From contig NC_045697.1 of assembly GCF_009834535.1 (NCBI RefSeq), positions 5,892,001 through 5,956,000 on the forward strand: a stretch of DNA of 64,000 nt, in the 5' to 3' direction. The position numbers were made by a program, and so were the translations under genes. The stretch's first letter is position 1. Each line of letters opens with the position of its first letter. Positions 1 to 12,519 of this stretch are shown here, piece by piece. Source of the stretch: Camelus ferus (lineage: Eukaryota). The notes beneath the pieces are model-generated. The model was not told the origin of the DNA. It ran no database searches and saw nothing but the letters and a program-made list of their open reading frames with translations.

Positions 1-414
1 TTCTCCCACGACTCAGGGACATGTCAGACCCAAGGGCCATCATTTTGAGCGCCGTTTCTCACGGTCCAGTTTGGTGTGGAAACGAAGGTCTTTGTCTACA
101 ACCGTGGAAGACGGGTGGTTGTTTCTGTTTGTGTTTTTAATGAAACCTCTGTTACTAATACTTTCTATTAAAAGTGTAGCTTTGAAAAATCCATACAAGG
201 CTAATGGTATGTTGTGGTTAATTGGTTTTCGTTCATTTGAAGGTTTTATTCAACTCTGCTTGGTTGGCCATTTTCCATCTTTATTTCCCCCTGTTCCTGT
301 AGCGCTAATCTTTTTATTTTCTTTCAAAGTTCTTTAGCATTTGTGATCTGTCACTTTTCTATTAGGACACTGGGGTTGAGAAAAAGGCAGGGAGGGGAGG
401 GGTAGAGGAAGGAG

Positions 415-560
415 CAGTATACTAGAACTGGGTGTCTCGGGTTTGGGTCCTGTTCCCATCACGTACAAGCTGTGTGACCTTTGGAAACCATTCGACCTCT
501 CTGAGCCTTCCTTTTCTCATTCATAAAGTGAGGGCACCTGAACCATGGACTTTCCACGAG
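415..560 (+). mobile_element. MIR SINE fragment
   Basis: Core-like 'agctgtgtgacctttggaaaccattcgacctctctgagcctt..ttttctcattcataaagtgagg'. Confidence 0.7.
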
Positions 561-829
561 TCCTTCCAGCTTTCGTGTACTGCATCTCTGTACTTTATTC
601 AATGCCAGGGCAGTCACGGAGAGAACTTTAAACCCGTTTCCTCACCAGTGGGGTGGGAAAGACAACAGCAGGGGTGCACGTGATGTGTCTTCACCAACCC
701 CAGCTGGCAGCCCGCTCTTGGGATGGCCACTCTCTTGGTATCAAAACCAGTAACAGCAAGGACAAGAATAACAAAAATAGAGTTTTATTAAGCATTTTTT
801 TGAGTGGCTGGGACATTAAATTCTGCCCC

Positions 830-975
830 AGTACTCTGAGGTAGGCTACAATGACTGCATCATACAGATGAAGCCATTGAGCCACAAAGTTAAGTAAGTA
901 ACCCAAGGTTGCACAGTGAGTAGGTGATTGAGCCAGGGTTTGAATCCTAGCAATCTGGCTTCAGAAACCTCTGCG
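830..975 (-). mobile_element. MIR SINE fragment
   Basis: 'acagatgaag..ttgag...aaagttaagtaag.aacccaaggttgcacagtgagtaggtga.tgagccagggtttgaatcctag' is the reverse MIR core. Confidence 0.75.
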
Positions 976-1369
976 AAAGATGAGATGAGATTAATTTATT
1001 TAAAAAAGGAGTCCATCAGCACTAACATTCTGTTAATCTGAACGTTTTCCTCTGATTTCTTCCCTTATCTTTTGCATCATATTGTACTGGGTCATAAGTG
1101 GCGGGGAACTCCTTAGGAACTGAACATTTTAGTGTTCTGCAAAGGCGCTACCACAGAGCTATTAATGCTGCCACAAAGAGCTTTTGTCTGATTTTGTAAG
1201 TAGTATATGCATATCATATCATAAATTAAAACCACTGTTTTACAAAGTGTAAAGAAACAAACCCACCGTGTCACCTACCCGGGAGTGCAGTCAAGTGCTG
1301 TTAACATCTAGTGATTTTTGGTAGAGAGTTACTTTTTATTCATTTATAGTTGAGATTATACTGCAAATA

Positions 1370-1640
1370 TTCAATGTTTTTTTTTTCTACAACCTACAAT
1401 AAGAAACAGATTTTACACTGCAACCCAAATGCACACATCCCTGCATGTATATGCATGTGTGTATGTCATGAAATAATAATCTTACTATATCAGAGACACT
1501 CTTAAATTTATATTATATTTGATTCTGTTCATTCAATCCCATTTTATTCCATTACAATTCCATTAAAAAATATTGATTGCTTCTCTCTAAGTTGATTTCA
1601 CAACTGAGTTCCAGGTTGTGATGTGCATTTAAAAATACTG
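1370..1640. mobile_element. hAT-Charlie family non-autonomous DNA transposon fragment
   Basis: Resembles recalled Charlie-type MITE consensus ('aagaaa.a.attttaca..gcaaccca', 'ttgatttcaca', terminal 'tttaaaaatactg'). Confidence 0.45.
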
Positions 1641-2830
1641 GATATAAAATTTGTTCTTATTTTTTTCCCATTGTATTGTAACATGATTCTTTTCTTGTGT
1701 CATTAAAACACAACTTGATTTTAACTTTTAATGGCTGCCTACGATTCTATTGTAAGGGGATATCAAAATTCACTTCACACTTTCTAAACTGTTAAGGTGT
1801 TTTTCTTTCTCAAAAACCCACAACAACAACAAAAAACCAAAAAACAAAACAAAAAAAGCCCCACGCACAACAAAATTTTACCTAATGCTTTGATTATATT
1901 TTTGACTTTTCCCTCAGAATAGATTGGAATCATAGGCCAGAGACTTTATATCATCCTTAAGGTTTTTGTTGTTTATTTCATGATTAATTTACAAAATTTC
2001 CCCTCCTAGTTATGAAACGGCCCTTGGCACCATCGCCAGGTGTCTTCCGGAAGGTGGTTCCGGCTCATGCCACACTGGCTAGCTTCGGATGTTCTCAAGA
2101 GGAAAATCTTTGCTGACAAGACGGGACGTTTTCCCTCACAAAGTTGTTTTTTAAAAATAACTTAAAAATCACACATGTAAATCCTATTCATATAGAAGGT
2201 TTAGGAAATACAATAAAGCAAAATCTAGAGGAAAATGACACACTGTGCACCGTAAACTTACAGCATCGTATGTCAGTTACATCTCAATAAAGCTGGGAAA
2301 AAAGACATTCTAGACATTTCTTTTACTGAAAAAAACAAAGAAAAATCACCTGCCATTTTCCCCACCCAGAGAGAACCATTGGTAACATTTTAGTTTATGC
2401 CTGTCCAGATTTTTTTCTGTCTGTCTGCCTCTCTCTCTATCTACATAAAGTTATGTATCGTCTGTGTATCTACTTGGAAGAACAAATTCATACTCTATCC
2501 TCTTTGGGAAACTGCTTTTGTTCAACAGTATCTTGTGAACATCCTTATATGTTGTCCAGGAAATTTCTGCAATACGATTTTCAATGGCTGGGCAATAATC
2601 TGATGTCTGGATAAGATGTAATTCACGTAATTAGTCCTCTTTGGGGGGTATTCCTGGCTGTCAATTTAGCCATAATATTAAATGTGATAATACGCCATGA
2701 AACACATGAGCTTTTAACTCAGCAGGCAAACCCAAGCATGAATCCACAGGAAGGGTATTTCTTTGTGGTTTGCCGTGTGGCCACTGAACATGCTAATCGC
2801 CCTCCCTTGCGATCTGCCTCTGTCCCCTAG

Positions 2831-3760
2831 TCTTAGATGACCACACGCCTCCGTGTAACTGCACGCCCCCAGCACTCTGCTCTGCCATCTCGCAGGGGAT
2901 CTACTACCTCTACCCTTTCAACATAGAGTACCAGATCCTGGCCTCCACAATGCTCTATGTCCTGTGGAAGAACGTCGGGCGCAAAGTGGACAGTCACCAG
3001 CACCAGGAGATGCGGTTCCGGTTTCACGGGGTCACGCCAGGCTCGGCCCTGGGCCTGACGGCGCTGGCCACCACGATTGGGGTGGTGGTGGTGTATCTGA
3101 TTCGGATCGGGCGCTCCAAAACCAAGAGCGAGTCGGCCCTCATCATGTTCTACCTCTACGCCATCGTCTTGCTGATGCTCATGGCAGCGGCAGGGCTGGT
3201 TGGGATCTGGATCTATAGGGTAGATGAGCAGTCCCTGGATGAGTCCAAAAACCCAGCCCGCAAACTGGACGCGGACCTGCTGGTGGGCACTGCCTCCGGC
3301 TCCTGGCTCATCTCCTGGGGCTCCATCTTGGCCATCCTCTGTGCGGAGTCCCGCCCCCCGTACACCTGGTACAACCTGCCCTACTCCATCCTGGTGGTGC
3401 TCGAGAAGTACATCCAGAACCTCTTCATCATTGAGTCCGTCCACCGAGAGCCCAGAGAAGCTCTCCGAGGACATCAGAACCCTGCGGGTGGTCACGGTCT
3501 GCAACGGCGATACCACGCCCTTCGCTTCTTCCTGCCCCAAGAGCGGACCTGCGGCTGGGGCCGGGGCTCCCCAGGGCAGCGAGCTGCCACCTGTGGCCAA
3601 TGGAAATATGTGTCTGAGTGAGGTTGGCAGCAAAGAGGAAGAGGAGAGAAGCTGCGAAGGGGTCCCGGCCCCGGCCCTCTGTCCCCATTTCCTGCAGGGC
3701 AACGCCCAGAGAAGAGTCTTAAGGAATATTGCGGCCTTTTTGTTCCTCTGCAATATTTCG
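2831..3760 (+). CDS. OTOP1: Otopetrin-1 large penultimate coding exon (orthologous to human exon 5), with a +1 frameshift at 3451-3454
   Basis: Acceptor 'ctctgtcccctAG' ends at 2830. Translation from 2833 is LDDHTPPCNCTPPALCSAISQGIYYLYPFNIEYQILASTMLYVLWKNVGRKVDSHQHQ...YNLPYSILVVLEKYIQNLFIIESVHREP. It continues in the next frame (ORF 3224..3805) as EKLSEDIRTLRVVTVCNG...LRNIAAFLFLCNIS. Donor GTAATC at 3761. Both halves match mammalian OTOP1. Confidence 0.96.
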
Positions 3761-6554
3761 GTAATCTGCCTCAAGTTATTTCTTTATTTAAAAAAAATCA
3801 ATTAAGCTATTTTCTTTGCCTTTTTCAAATAAGGAATCGAGGCAGCTTGTAATCAAAATCATTTAAGTGTAAGGAGAAAATAGGAACCTAGGCTCATATT
3901 CTGCAAATCCGTTTACCGAGTATTTGCTGTGTGCCAGAGGCTGGGCTGGGAACTAAGAATGAAAAGTGGGAGGGCTCAATCTTTTTCCTCAAAAAGGTCA
4001 CAGCGTTAGTGGGAGAGGAAAACAAGGAAAAAATATAATGCAGTGAGTGTGGCCAGTGCTGGGACAGGGTCATGTGCAAAGGTGTCATGGGAGCACGGCT
4101 TCAGGATAATTTCAATGAGTAGGGAATGCTTGAAGTGAGACACTGTCTCAATTTGGAGTGCTTTTGGCTGCAAATTATAGAAAGCTTGACCCGCAGTGTC
4201 CTCAGTCTTAAAGACAAGAATTCTGGAGGTAGGCTGCTCAGGGTTGGCCTGGCAGCTGAACCCTATCATAAAGGATCCAGGCACTGTTCACCTTTGCCCT
4301 CGACCTTGGTTGATGTGGTGCACACTGCCACATGGTCATAGGATGGCTGCAGTGGCACCAGGCATTGCATCTTGGTTCAAGACAAGAAGGAGGGAAGGAC
4401 TAGTGCTAGGCAGTGTCTGTGATGTGACCACCCCTGACTACAAGGGAGGATGGAGAAGTGGATGGTTTGCTTTCTAGACTCTAAGATGGAAAGTAACAAG
4501 GGAGAAAATGAACGGTCTCAGCACCGTCTGCCTCAGCCTCAAGGAATGGTGGGAAGTTTACCAACCGTGGTCAAGGCCAGGACAAGCCTTGGGGCAGTTT
4601 GGGGCAGAGGGCACATGGTGTGCAAAGACACAGAGGCAAAGGACACTGAGGCCTGTCGGGCGAGCATCAGGAGCTTAGCGCGAATCCCGTACATGTGAAG
4701 CAGAGCGGCAGAGCGGGGATAGGATGGCAGGTCCGGCTTGAGCAGAGCTTGGTAAGCCTGACTGAGTCTGGTCTTCATGGTGAGGACAGTAGAGGACCCT
4801 CTGGAATTTGTGTTTTGGGATGATCCCTTGGCAGCAGCATGTGGAAAGGATGGAGAGAACTAAGACCAAAGTCAGGGAACCCAGAACAGAAGCCCTGCAG
4901 CCGCCCAGAGAGGAAATGATGGGAACGAACTCACACCAGACAGTGGCGGCGGGGATGGAGAAAAGGTAGAGAAATAGAAAGCTTTGTGTGTGGTTGGGTT
5001 TGTTCCAGAAGGACAGAGAGGGATGACAGGGCTTGGTAAGAGGGAGGGGGACCCAGCCTTTGGCACCACACAGGCCTCTGCAGTGACTGTGGGGATGCCC
5101 CGCTCACAGAGCTGGCCGATTATCACGGTCACCTCTCTGCTACCCACCTCCGTCTCATCAGGGCTGCTCTGTTTCCCCACGAGCTCACTGGCTTTTACCT
5201 CCCCTCTCCCATTTCAGTCGGCACATGCCCAGGGGCTGCAGCTTTTGATATCATCCTACAGTCACGACATCGGGGGTGGGGGCATCTGAAGCCGAAATAG
5301 CTATGTGTCTGCCAATCAAATCCAATTCTTGCTTTGGGTCACTGGGACCTCGGTCCCCCTCCAGGTCAGCAGACAGGTATGAGGAGCTCTGAAGGGAGAA
5401 GGGGTCCCAGAAGAGTTTGGCTCCAGTGGGCCCCCTTCTTCCATCTTAAAGACATTTATGGAGCACCTGCTGTATGCTAGGACCATTGTGGGCACAGCAG
5501 TGAACAAAGGAGTCAAACAGGGAAACAAGAGAGAGACGGAGGTCAGTGACTAGGGCGGGGCTGCACGTGCTGAGGGGCTTATATCCCTGGAGGGGGTCGG
5601 GTATCAGCTCAGATTCTTATAAAGTCCGAGCTGGTTCTAGAACTGCCCCTAAAGCTTATTGTTTTTCACACACCGCGAGGTATGAAGATCTGTCTTTTCA
5701 GTGAGTTCAGAAAAGCCTCGTTCTCTGAGCTGCATCTTTGCTGCACCACCAGGTGGCGTGCTTGGCTTGCTCTTTTGGACCAGCTTGAGCTAGGACAGCA
5801 CCGCCTGCAGTACTGGAATCAAGTGCTGATTGATTGATGGTCTGCTGGGACCCGAAGGCTGGGTTCAGGGCTCTGGACCCAGGAGGAGGCTGCGTGTTGT
5901 CCCTTCATCTTTGGGCTCCATCCCTGGTGGCCCCAGGCACTGCCTCCGTTCACTGAGGAGTGAGCCAGAGGGTGGAAATCATTGCAGGCTGATGTCTTAG
6001 GATGACCCGAGCCAACCCCATGGGCAGCACTTTGAAACTCCACGGTTGGCTCTCTATTGTCCCAGAGGCATGTGGCAGGGGCAGCGACTGTTCTCCAGGA
6101 CCTGGGGGCTGGCACGGAGGCTGCAGCTGGAGGGGCTGGTGTGCATGTCCACGTGGGGAAATAGGCAGCTGCGGAGTGGACAGTAAAGAGAGGTGGATGT
6201 GATGATGGAGGAGGTTCGGTGCTGTGGGGACCTCGGGGGTCAGGAAGGCCTCCTCTGGAGGGAGGGTGGCTGGTGGTGTGGGGGCAGTCTGGGCAGAGCC
6301 AGGGGCATGGGGACCACATGGATGCAGGGCAGGGCAGGGCTTGCTGGATGTGCCCAAGGTCCTGGAAAGCAACCCACGTGGCTAGAATTCAGAGAGCAGG
6401 GGACAGAGGCGTGAGAGGCATCAGGGCAGACCACACAGGGCCTCGTAAGCCACAGCCATTAACCTGGACTTAACCCTAAACACAACAGAAAACCATGGAA
6501 GAATTTTATGCCAGGAGTGACAGGATCTGATTCATGGGTTTTTTTCCTTTTAAA

Positions 6555-6830
6555 TTAAATTAATTTAGTTGTGGTAGGAAACACATAACATTCACACGAT
6601 TGTGCAACTATTACCACCACCAACCTCTAAAATTTTCTTCACCTCGAGAGACTGAAACCTTGTACTCACAAAGCAGTTCTCCCTTCCCTCCACCGCAGCC
6701 CCTGGCGAACGCCATTCTCCTCTTTTTCTCTGTGAGTCTGACTCTCTAGGTCCCTCATCTAAGTGGAATCATGCAGGATTTATCTCACGCAGCATGAGGA
6801 CCGCCAGGTCCATCCACGGTGTAGCGTGGG
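6555..6830 (-). mobile_element. Old L1 3' end fragment
   Basis: 'ttgtgcaacta..accacc', 'cagcccctggc.a.c.ccattct', 'tgactctctaggt.cctcat.taagtggaatcatgcag' is the L1M 3' UTR antisense pattern. Confidence 0.75.
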
Positions 6831-7034
6831 AAGGGACAGGGATGCCAAAGGTGACCTGCAGATTCTGACTCGAGTTCCTGGGTAGATGGGGATGCCACTT
6901 ACGGAGATTGGGGGCCTTGGAGGGGGAGCAGGCTTGAGAGGGGGCGCAGGTGGGAGGGACATTCAGTGGTGTCTCGAAGACATCCGAAAGGACATAACCA
7001 ACAGGCAGATTTTTTTTTTTTTTTTGGTTTTCTC

Positions 7035-7480
7035 TTGCCGTGTAACCAGCGACCCCAAATGGATGACAAAAATAGCAACCATTTTACTAAGTGTCATGAC
7101 CTTGTGGGTTCGGAATTCCGGCAGGGCTTGGCTGGACAGTTCTGTCCCTCGTGGCAGTGACTGAAGCTGGTGGAGGGGCTGGCTGGGTTGGAAAGTCCAA
7201 GAGCTGGTGCCTCGGGCTGGGGAGACTGGAAGGCTGCCCTCGGCCGGGACGCTCAGCTGCAGTGTCTGCTCCAGCCTGGGGGTCTCGGGGCAGGCGGACT
7301 TCTCAGCTGGTGGCTCAGGGCCCCAGAGCCAAGCTTCCAAGGGATTGGACGTGCCCGTCTCTTAAGGCTTGGGTGTGGAAATGGCACAATTTCTGCCATT
7401 TTTATGGGTCACGCAGTGACAGTGTCCATCCAGGTTCAAGGGAAAGGGACACAGATGGGCCCTCTCCCAAGGGGATGAAT
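7035..7480 (-). mobile_element. MLT1 (ERVL-MaLR) LTR, degenerate
   Basis: 'ttgccgtgtaaccagcgaccccaaa', 'gtgggttcggaattccggcagggcttggctgg', 'ccaggttcaagggaaagggac'. Confidence 0.65.
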
Positions 7481-7739
7481 AGCAAGAATTACAGTCAACG
7501 TAACAGCAGATGGAAAGGTCTGGATTTCAGGAAAGAGGTGCACACTTTCTTCTTCCTTCCTTCCCGTTTTCCCTCCCTCTCTCCTTTTCTGAAAATACAG
7601 CCGCCACCGCGTGCCTACTGAGGGCCAGGCACTGGTGTGAGTGGTGGGAGTGCGACTGATCTCTGGTCTTCCTCCTGTGGGGCTGACAAACCAGATGGCA
7701 ATAAACAGACAAGAGAGACTTCCCGGAGTGACTCGTGTC

Positions 7740-8745
7740 CTGCAGGCACCTAGGAAAGGAGGGTGTGCAGACAGTGCTTGGGGGGCCCCTGTAGATCAGA
7801 AGGTTGAGCTGGTGGGAAAGGCTCTTCAGGGGTCACATTAGAGCCCAGGGCTGGATGGCAGGAGGGGCTGCGAGTGCTCCAGGCAGAGGGGGCAGCCGGT
7901 GCAAAACTGCAGGTGAGATGAGCTTGCCTCCTTTGAGAAGAGGGGAAAGGCATGTGACTGGGCTGGGTGGGTGGGAGATGATCCTGGGGGTGGGTTGGGA
8001 GTGGGAAGGGATCAGCTCACAGAGGGCTGCCCCCTGTAGGGGAAGATTTTATTTTAAGTGAAGACTGTAGCTGTTTAACCAGGGAAGGGACACGATCTTA
8101 TTTACAGAAGAAATTAATCTGGCTCTGAGTGGTGAATAGACGGTGGAGTTGAGTGTAAGCATGGGCCGCTGCATCAGTCCAGGTGAGAGAGGGAGTGGTG
8201 GCCTGCACAGGTGGAGCAGAGAGTGATGGGTGGGTTGAGGATGTCATTTTGGAGGTGCGGTCGTCAAGACTTGCAGATGGATGGGATGGCAGGTGGATGG
8301 TTCTGAGAGTAAGTGGGAAGGCCAGGATGATGCATAGAGTTTTCACTGAGTGAGTGGGAGGAAGATGTTGCTGATGAGATAGGGGGAAGTGGGGAAGGAA
8401 CGTTGAGTCTGAGATGTGTTTTAGACCACCAAGTAGCCTGTGGGCTGTAGGAGTCTGGAATTCTCCAGGCTAGTGATTTGGATCTGGAAGTCACAGGTTG
8501 ATAGCTGGTATTTACAACCAGGACCACGTGAGATCATCAGGGGTCATGGGTATAGGGAGGGAGAGGACTCGGGAATGAATGAGCGCAGGGACCAGCCAAC
8601 CTTGAGAGACTGAGCAAATGAGGGGGAGCTAGCCAAGGAGAGCAAGAAGGAGCAGCTGGCGTTGTAGGAGGACCCCTAAGGATGCAGAACCGAGAGAACA
8701 CTGTGGGCTGGAGATAAAAGTCTTGGAAGGTTCTGTATGGAGATG
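7740..8745 (-). mobile_element. L2 LINE fragments
   Basis: Purine-rich degenerate L2 motifs, e.g. 'gttgagtctgagatgtgttttagac', 'gtaggagtctggaattc', 'gatttggatctggaagtca'. Confidence 0.6.
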
Positions 8746-8759
8746 TCAATGATAGCCAC

Positions 8760-9255
8760 GTGTATCAGTTACCTCTTGCTGTGTAAGAAATGACCCCCAA
8801 ACACAGCAACTTAAAACAACAGACATTTATCATTTCACGGTTTCTCTGGGTCAGGAATCCAAGTATGGCTTGACAGTTGAGGGGGAGGGGATCTGTTTTC
8901 AAATCTGCTTATGCAGCTGTTGGCAGGATTCAGTTCCCAGTGGGTTGTTGGGCCAAGGGTTTGAGTTCCCTGCTGGCTGCGGGCCTGAGACCTCCCTCAG
9001 TTCCTGGCCACGTGGAATCTCCACGGGACAGCTCACAGAGTGGCAGCTGCTTCCTCCCTTGAGAGATGGAATGAGTGAGAAGGACTCCGGAGCCCTTCTG
9101 TAGCCACATCTCAGAGGTGCCATGGGACTCTTGTCATGCTCTGTTGGTTAGAAGTGAGTTGCTAGGTTCAGCCCAACTCGAGGGGAGGAGGCTCCACAGG
9201 ACATGATTCCCAGGAGGTGGGACCACTGGGGGTCATCTGAGAGGCTGCCTGCCGC
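8760..9255 (-). mobile_element. MLT1 (ERVL-MaLR) LTR
   Basis: Starts 'tgtatcagttacctcttgctgtgtaagaaatgacccccaaac..agcaacttaaaacaacagacatttatcatttcacggtttct' and ends 'gggtcatctgagaggctgcctgccgca'. Confidence 0.8.
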
Positions 9256-10387
9256 AGCGTGGGGCTGGAGCAAGTTGCAGAAGTGTCAGTGTGACAGAGA
9301 GGCCGGCCTCGAAGCCCGGAAGTTTAAGAGGAGTGGGGAAGGAGGAGCTGGGACAGGACCAATGAGTAGGTTCCATGAGCAACAAAAATAATAGGTTATT
9401 GCTTTATGTTTTGCAAACGTAGTTGCCATTTTATTCTCATCTGAGCCCTCTGAGACAGGTGTCAGTATCCCCATCTTACAGATGAGGAAACTGAGGCTTG
9501 GAGAGGTTCAATTACAGTCTATCAGTGGCATGAACCCAGGGCTGGCTCCAAGGCATGTGCTTCTCCCCCTGATTCGGGGGATGTGGGCAGGGCCTGAGCT
9601 GCCTCTCTAAGCCAAGACAAGCCAGAGAAAAGACCACAGAACTCACCAGCCCAGACCCACGTGATGGGGCTCTCCAAGCACCTGTGCTGGTATGTAAAGG
9701 TGGGCATGGGAAACGGGGGACCTCCACTGGAGGAAAACGCTGGGGGCTGTGGGAACACAGAGGGAGATCCCCCTCTGCCTGCTTAGATCAAGGAGAGCTT
9801 CTTGGAAGGGGAGGTGTCTCAGGACTTGGAAGAAAGTAGTACTTAGCAAAAGGAAGACAGGGAACCCTGATAGAGGAACAAGCGGGAGCAAAGCCCTGAA
9901 GACTGGGGAGAGAAAGGCACACTTAGGGGCTGAGCGCAGCCTGGGGAGGCCAGGGTGAAGGGCGTGATGAGGGACGTGGACGGGGGTCTGGTCACTGAGG
10001 GAATTTGGACTTTCTCCTGAAGGCAACTGGAGCCCTGGTGAGTGACCAGCAGAGGAGTGACAGGTCAGACGTGTGCTTTATAAAGACCACCCCCGCAGCC
10101 ACATGGGGGTGGAGTGAAGGTGCTCACTGGAGTAGGGGGGACATGGGAGGTGTTGCAGCAGTCCGGGGGGAGACCAAGGGCTGGACCAAGGTGAGGGCTG
10201 CGAGGATGGAGAGAACCAGGTAGAGCGTTTGTACAGGAGTGGGGCTCCGTGGGCTGATGGGGGACTTGGCGCAGGGACTGCTGACCCCTGTGACAGGTGT
10301 GACCCTGGTCTCCCCGAGTCCAGATTGGTGCCTGGGTTGGTGTGGGGCCCCAGGCGGCTGCTGGGACCCACTCTCCTTCTCTTGCAG

Positions 10388-10558
10388 CTCTGGATCCCAC
10401 CCGCCTTCGGCTGCCGCCCTGAGTACGACAACGGATTGGAGGAAATTGTCTTTGGCTTTGAACCCTGGATAATTGTGGTCAACCTGGCCATACCCTTTTC
10501 TATTTTCTACCGGATGCACGCAGCTGCCTCCCTCTTTGAGGTCTATTGTAAGATATAA
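10388..10558 (+). CDS. OTOP1: Otopetrin-1 last coding exon (56 aa + TAA)
   Basis: Acceptor 'ctctccttctcttgcAG' ends at 10387. Encodes LWIPPAFGCRPEYDNGLEEIVFGFEPWIIVVNLAIPFSIFYRMHAAASLFEVYCKI*, the OTOP1 C-terminus with the otopetrin FYR motif. Phase 0 matches the donor at 3761 once the frameshift is corrected. Confidence 0.97.
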   Translation, partial: LWIPPAFGCRPEYDNGLEEIVFGFEPWIIVVNLAIPFSIFYRMHAAASLFEVYCKI

Positions 10559-12118
10559 TCTGTGTCCACATCAAAGACTGGAGCAGGGAGCTCACGAGAG
10601 AATTCAGTGGAGCCATCTGGGAACCGGGAGGTCGGGCAAATACTGCCATACAAAGGCGAGAAGGGCTGCCTTTTGTCTGTGACAATTGTTTTTCCCATGA
10701 GCTGGAGTGGCCCATCACCCCGGGTGGATGTAAACACTTCAGATTAAAATCAGTGAGGTGGCTGAAGTCTGTCCTTGGTTAGTTAGTTCTAATCAAACCC
10801 AAATTACTTTCTCTCCTAAGTGAGATCTTCTCTTTTAGAAGCATGTGATCCTAGATTGGGAAAAAAAAAACATATCCAGTTTATTTTTCATAAACATCAT
10901 TTTCTCGTCTCATGTTATGATATTCAACCCTTTCCTGACCATCTGCATTGTATAATCACCCTTACATTTTATCCTTCCCTGAGCTGATAAATGTGATTAC
11001 AATCACATATAGTTTATACTGTACTTTCTGAATATGTTTAATTTTTTGAACAAGGGTATTTTTATCATTCAGAAGGAAATTTGTGTCTAGATCAATATAA
11101 AGGACATGTTTCTCACCTGAAATTGTGGCACATTTTCACTTGTAATCATTTTTAAGTTTTTAAAAAAATGGATTTTACTGTCTTTCTCTCACTATAAACA
11201 TATACATGATTATTTTAGAAAATTTGGACATTTCAGACCAGTAAAGAGAGAAAAATCACCTAGGATGTCACTGTTCAATTGACCATCATTTTTTTCTTCC
11301 AGTTTTATTGAGATTTAATTGATGTACAACACTGCATAAGCTTAAGGTGGACAGCATAATGGTTTGACCTACATACATCATGAAATGATTATCACAATAA
11401 GTTTAGTGACCATCATCATCTCATACAGATACAAAATTAAAGATAAGGGTCTTGACAGTCATTTTTTAAAAAAATCTTGGTGTGTTTCTTTTAGCTACAT
11501 GGGTGCATAGGATTCTTTTTATGTTGTTATTGTTATATGTGCCAGCGATGATGCAACATGTTGAATTCTGTATGCGTTTTCCCCTTACTTAACAATATGG
11601 CATAAACCTTTCCCCCACACTGATATAAACTCTTTGTAAATATCATTTTAATACTATATTATAGTCTATCAAGTACCATAATTAGTTTCCTGTTGTTGGT
11701 TTTAAAGTGTAATTTTTTGTTTTTATAAGTGACTGCAAAAATCAACCATATATGTAAGGCAATTTTTATATCTAGAATTGCTTCTCTAAGATCTAGACTT
11801 AAAATCAGGATGTCTGTCCAAGGTTAGAAATATTTTAAAGCCTCTGAAGGAATATTGACATTTGGAATGGCTTTGTATACACTTTTTCTTAGTTATTTAA
11901 AAGTCATAATAAAATTAGTTTACTTCCTGTAAATTCTAACATGAACATCTTATCATCTGCATGTATTTTTTTGACAGCAGAGGCAATGGGGGCATTAAGA
12001 AACACCATTTTTTTACATGACTAAAATACTTTATGTTCATTTTAGGTAAAAAGCTAAGAAATGGGCAGACAGACTAAAAACAAAGTAAAACATTATCTAT
12101 CATACCTTCCATCTAGGG

Positions 12119-12332
12119 CTGTGGTTCTCAAGGCTGAAGGGAAGCCGTCTTGTTTTCCAGGGGACTTTTGCCAACATCTGGAGACATTTTTGATTGTTAC
12201 CACTAGGGGGCGTTACTGGCATCGAATGCGTAGAGGCCAGAGAAACTGCTAAACAGTCTCTAACCACCTGACCTCCACCGCAAAGAATTATCGAGCCCCA
12301 ACTGTCAGGAGTGCTGAGGCTGAGAAATTTCC
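12119..12332. mobile_element. MER20 hAT MITE
   Basis: 'tgtggttctcaa', 'ccaggggacttttgccaacatctggagacatttttgattgttac', 'gtagaggccagagaaactgctaaaca', 'aagaattatc'. Confidence 0.85.
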
Positions 12333-12519
12333 ATCTAGAGGTAATTGTTGATTTTTTGGTACCAGGGTACCTATTAGTACGCACACAGACAGACACACAG
12401 ACACACAGACACACACACAAATGAGATCGTTTCTATAAATACTGAATTTGCATGTAACATGCTTTATTTTTCTCTGAACACACCAGCATGCTTCTTAACG
12501 ATTTTAGGGTCTCCAGGGC

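Noticed and set aside
1..2830. Upstream OTOP1 exons
   Set aside because: No match to the preceding exon (FGVIHSVFTNLLLWAN...) was seen; this is intron, and earlier exons lie outside the window.
2833..3774. 313-aa minus-strand ORF
   Set aside because: Coincides with the OTOP1 exon on the other strand; explained by codon bias.
12381..12419. (CA/GACA)n tract ~18.6 kb upstream of DRD5, a distance similar to the human DRD5 marker microsatellite
   Set aside because: Lineage-specific insertions make distance uninformative, and nothing in the sequence shows orthology.
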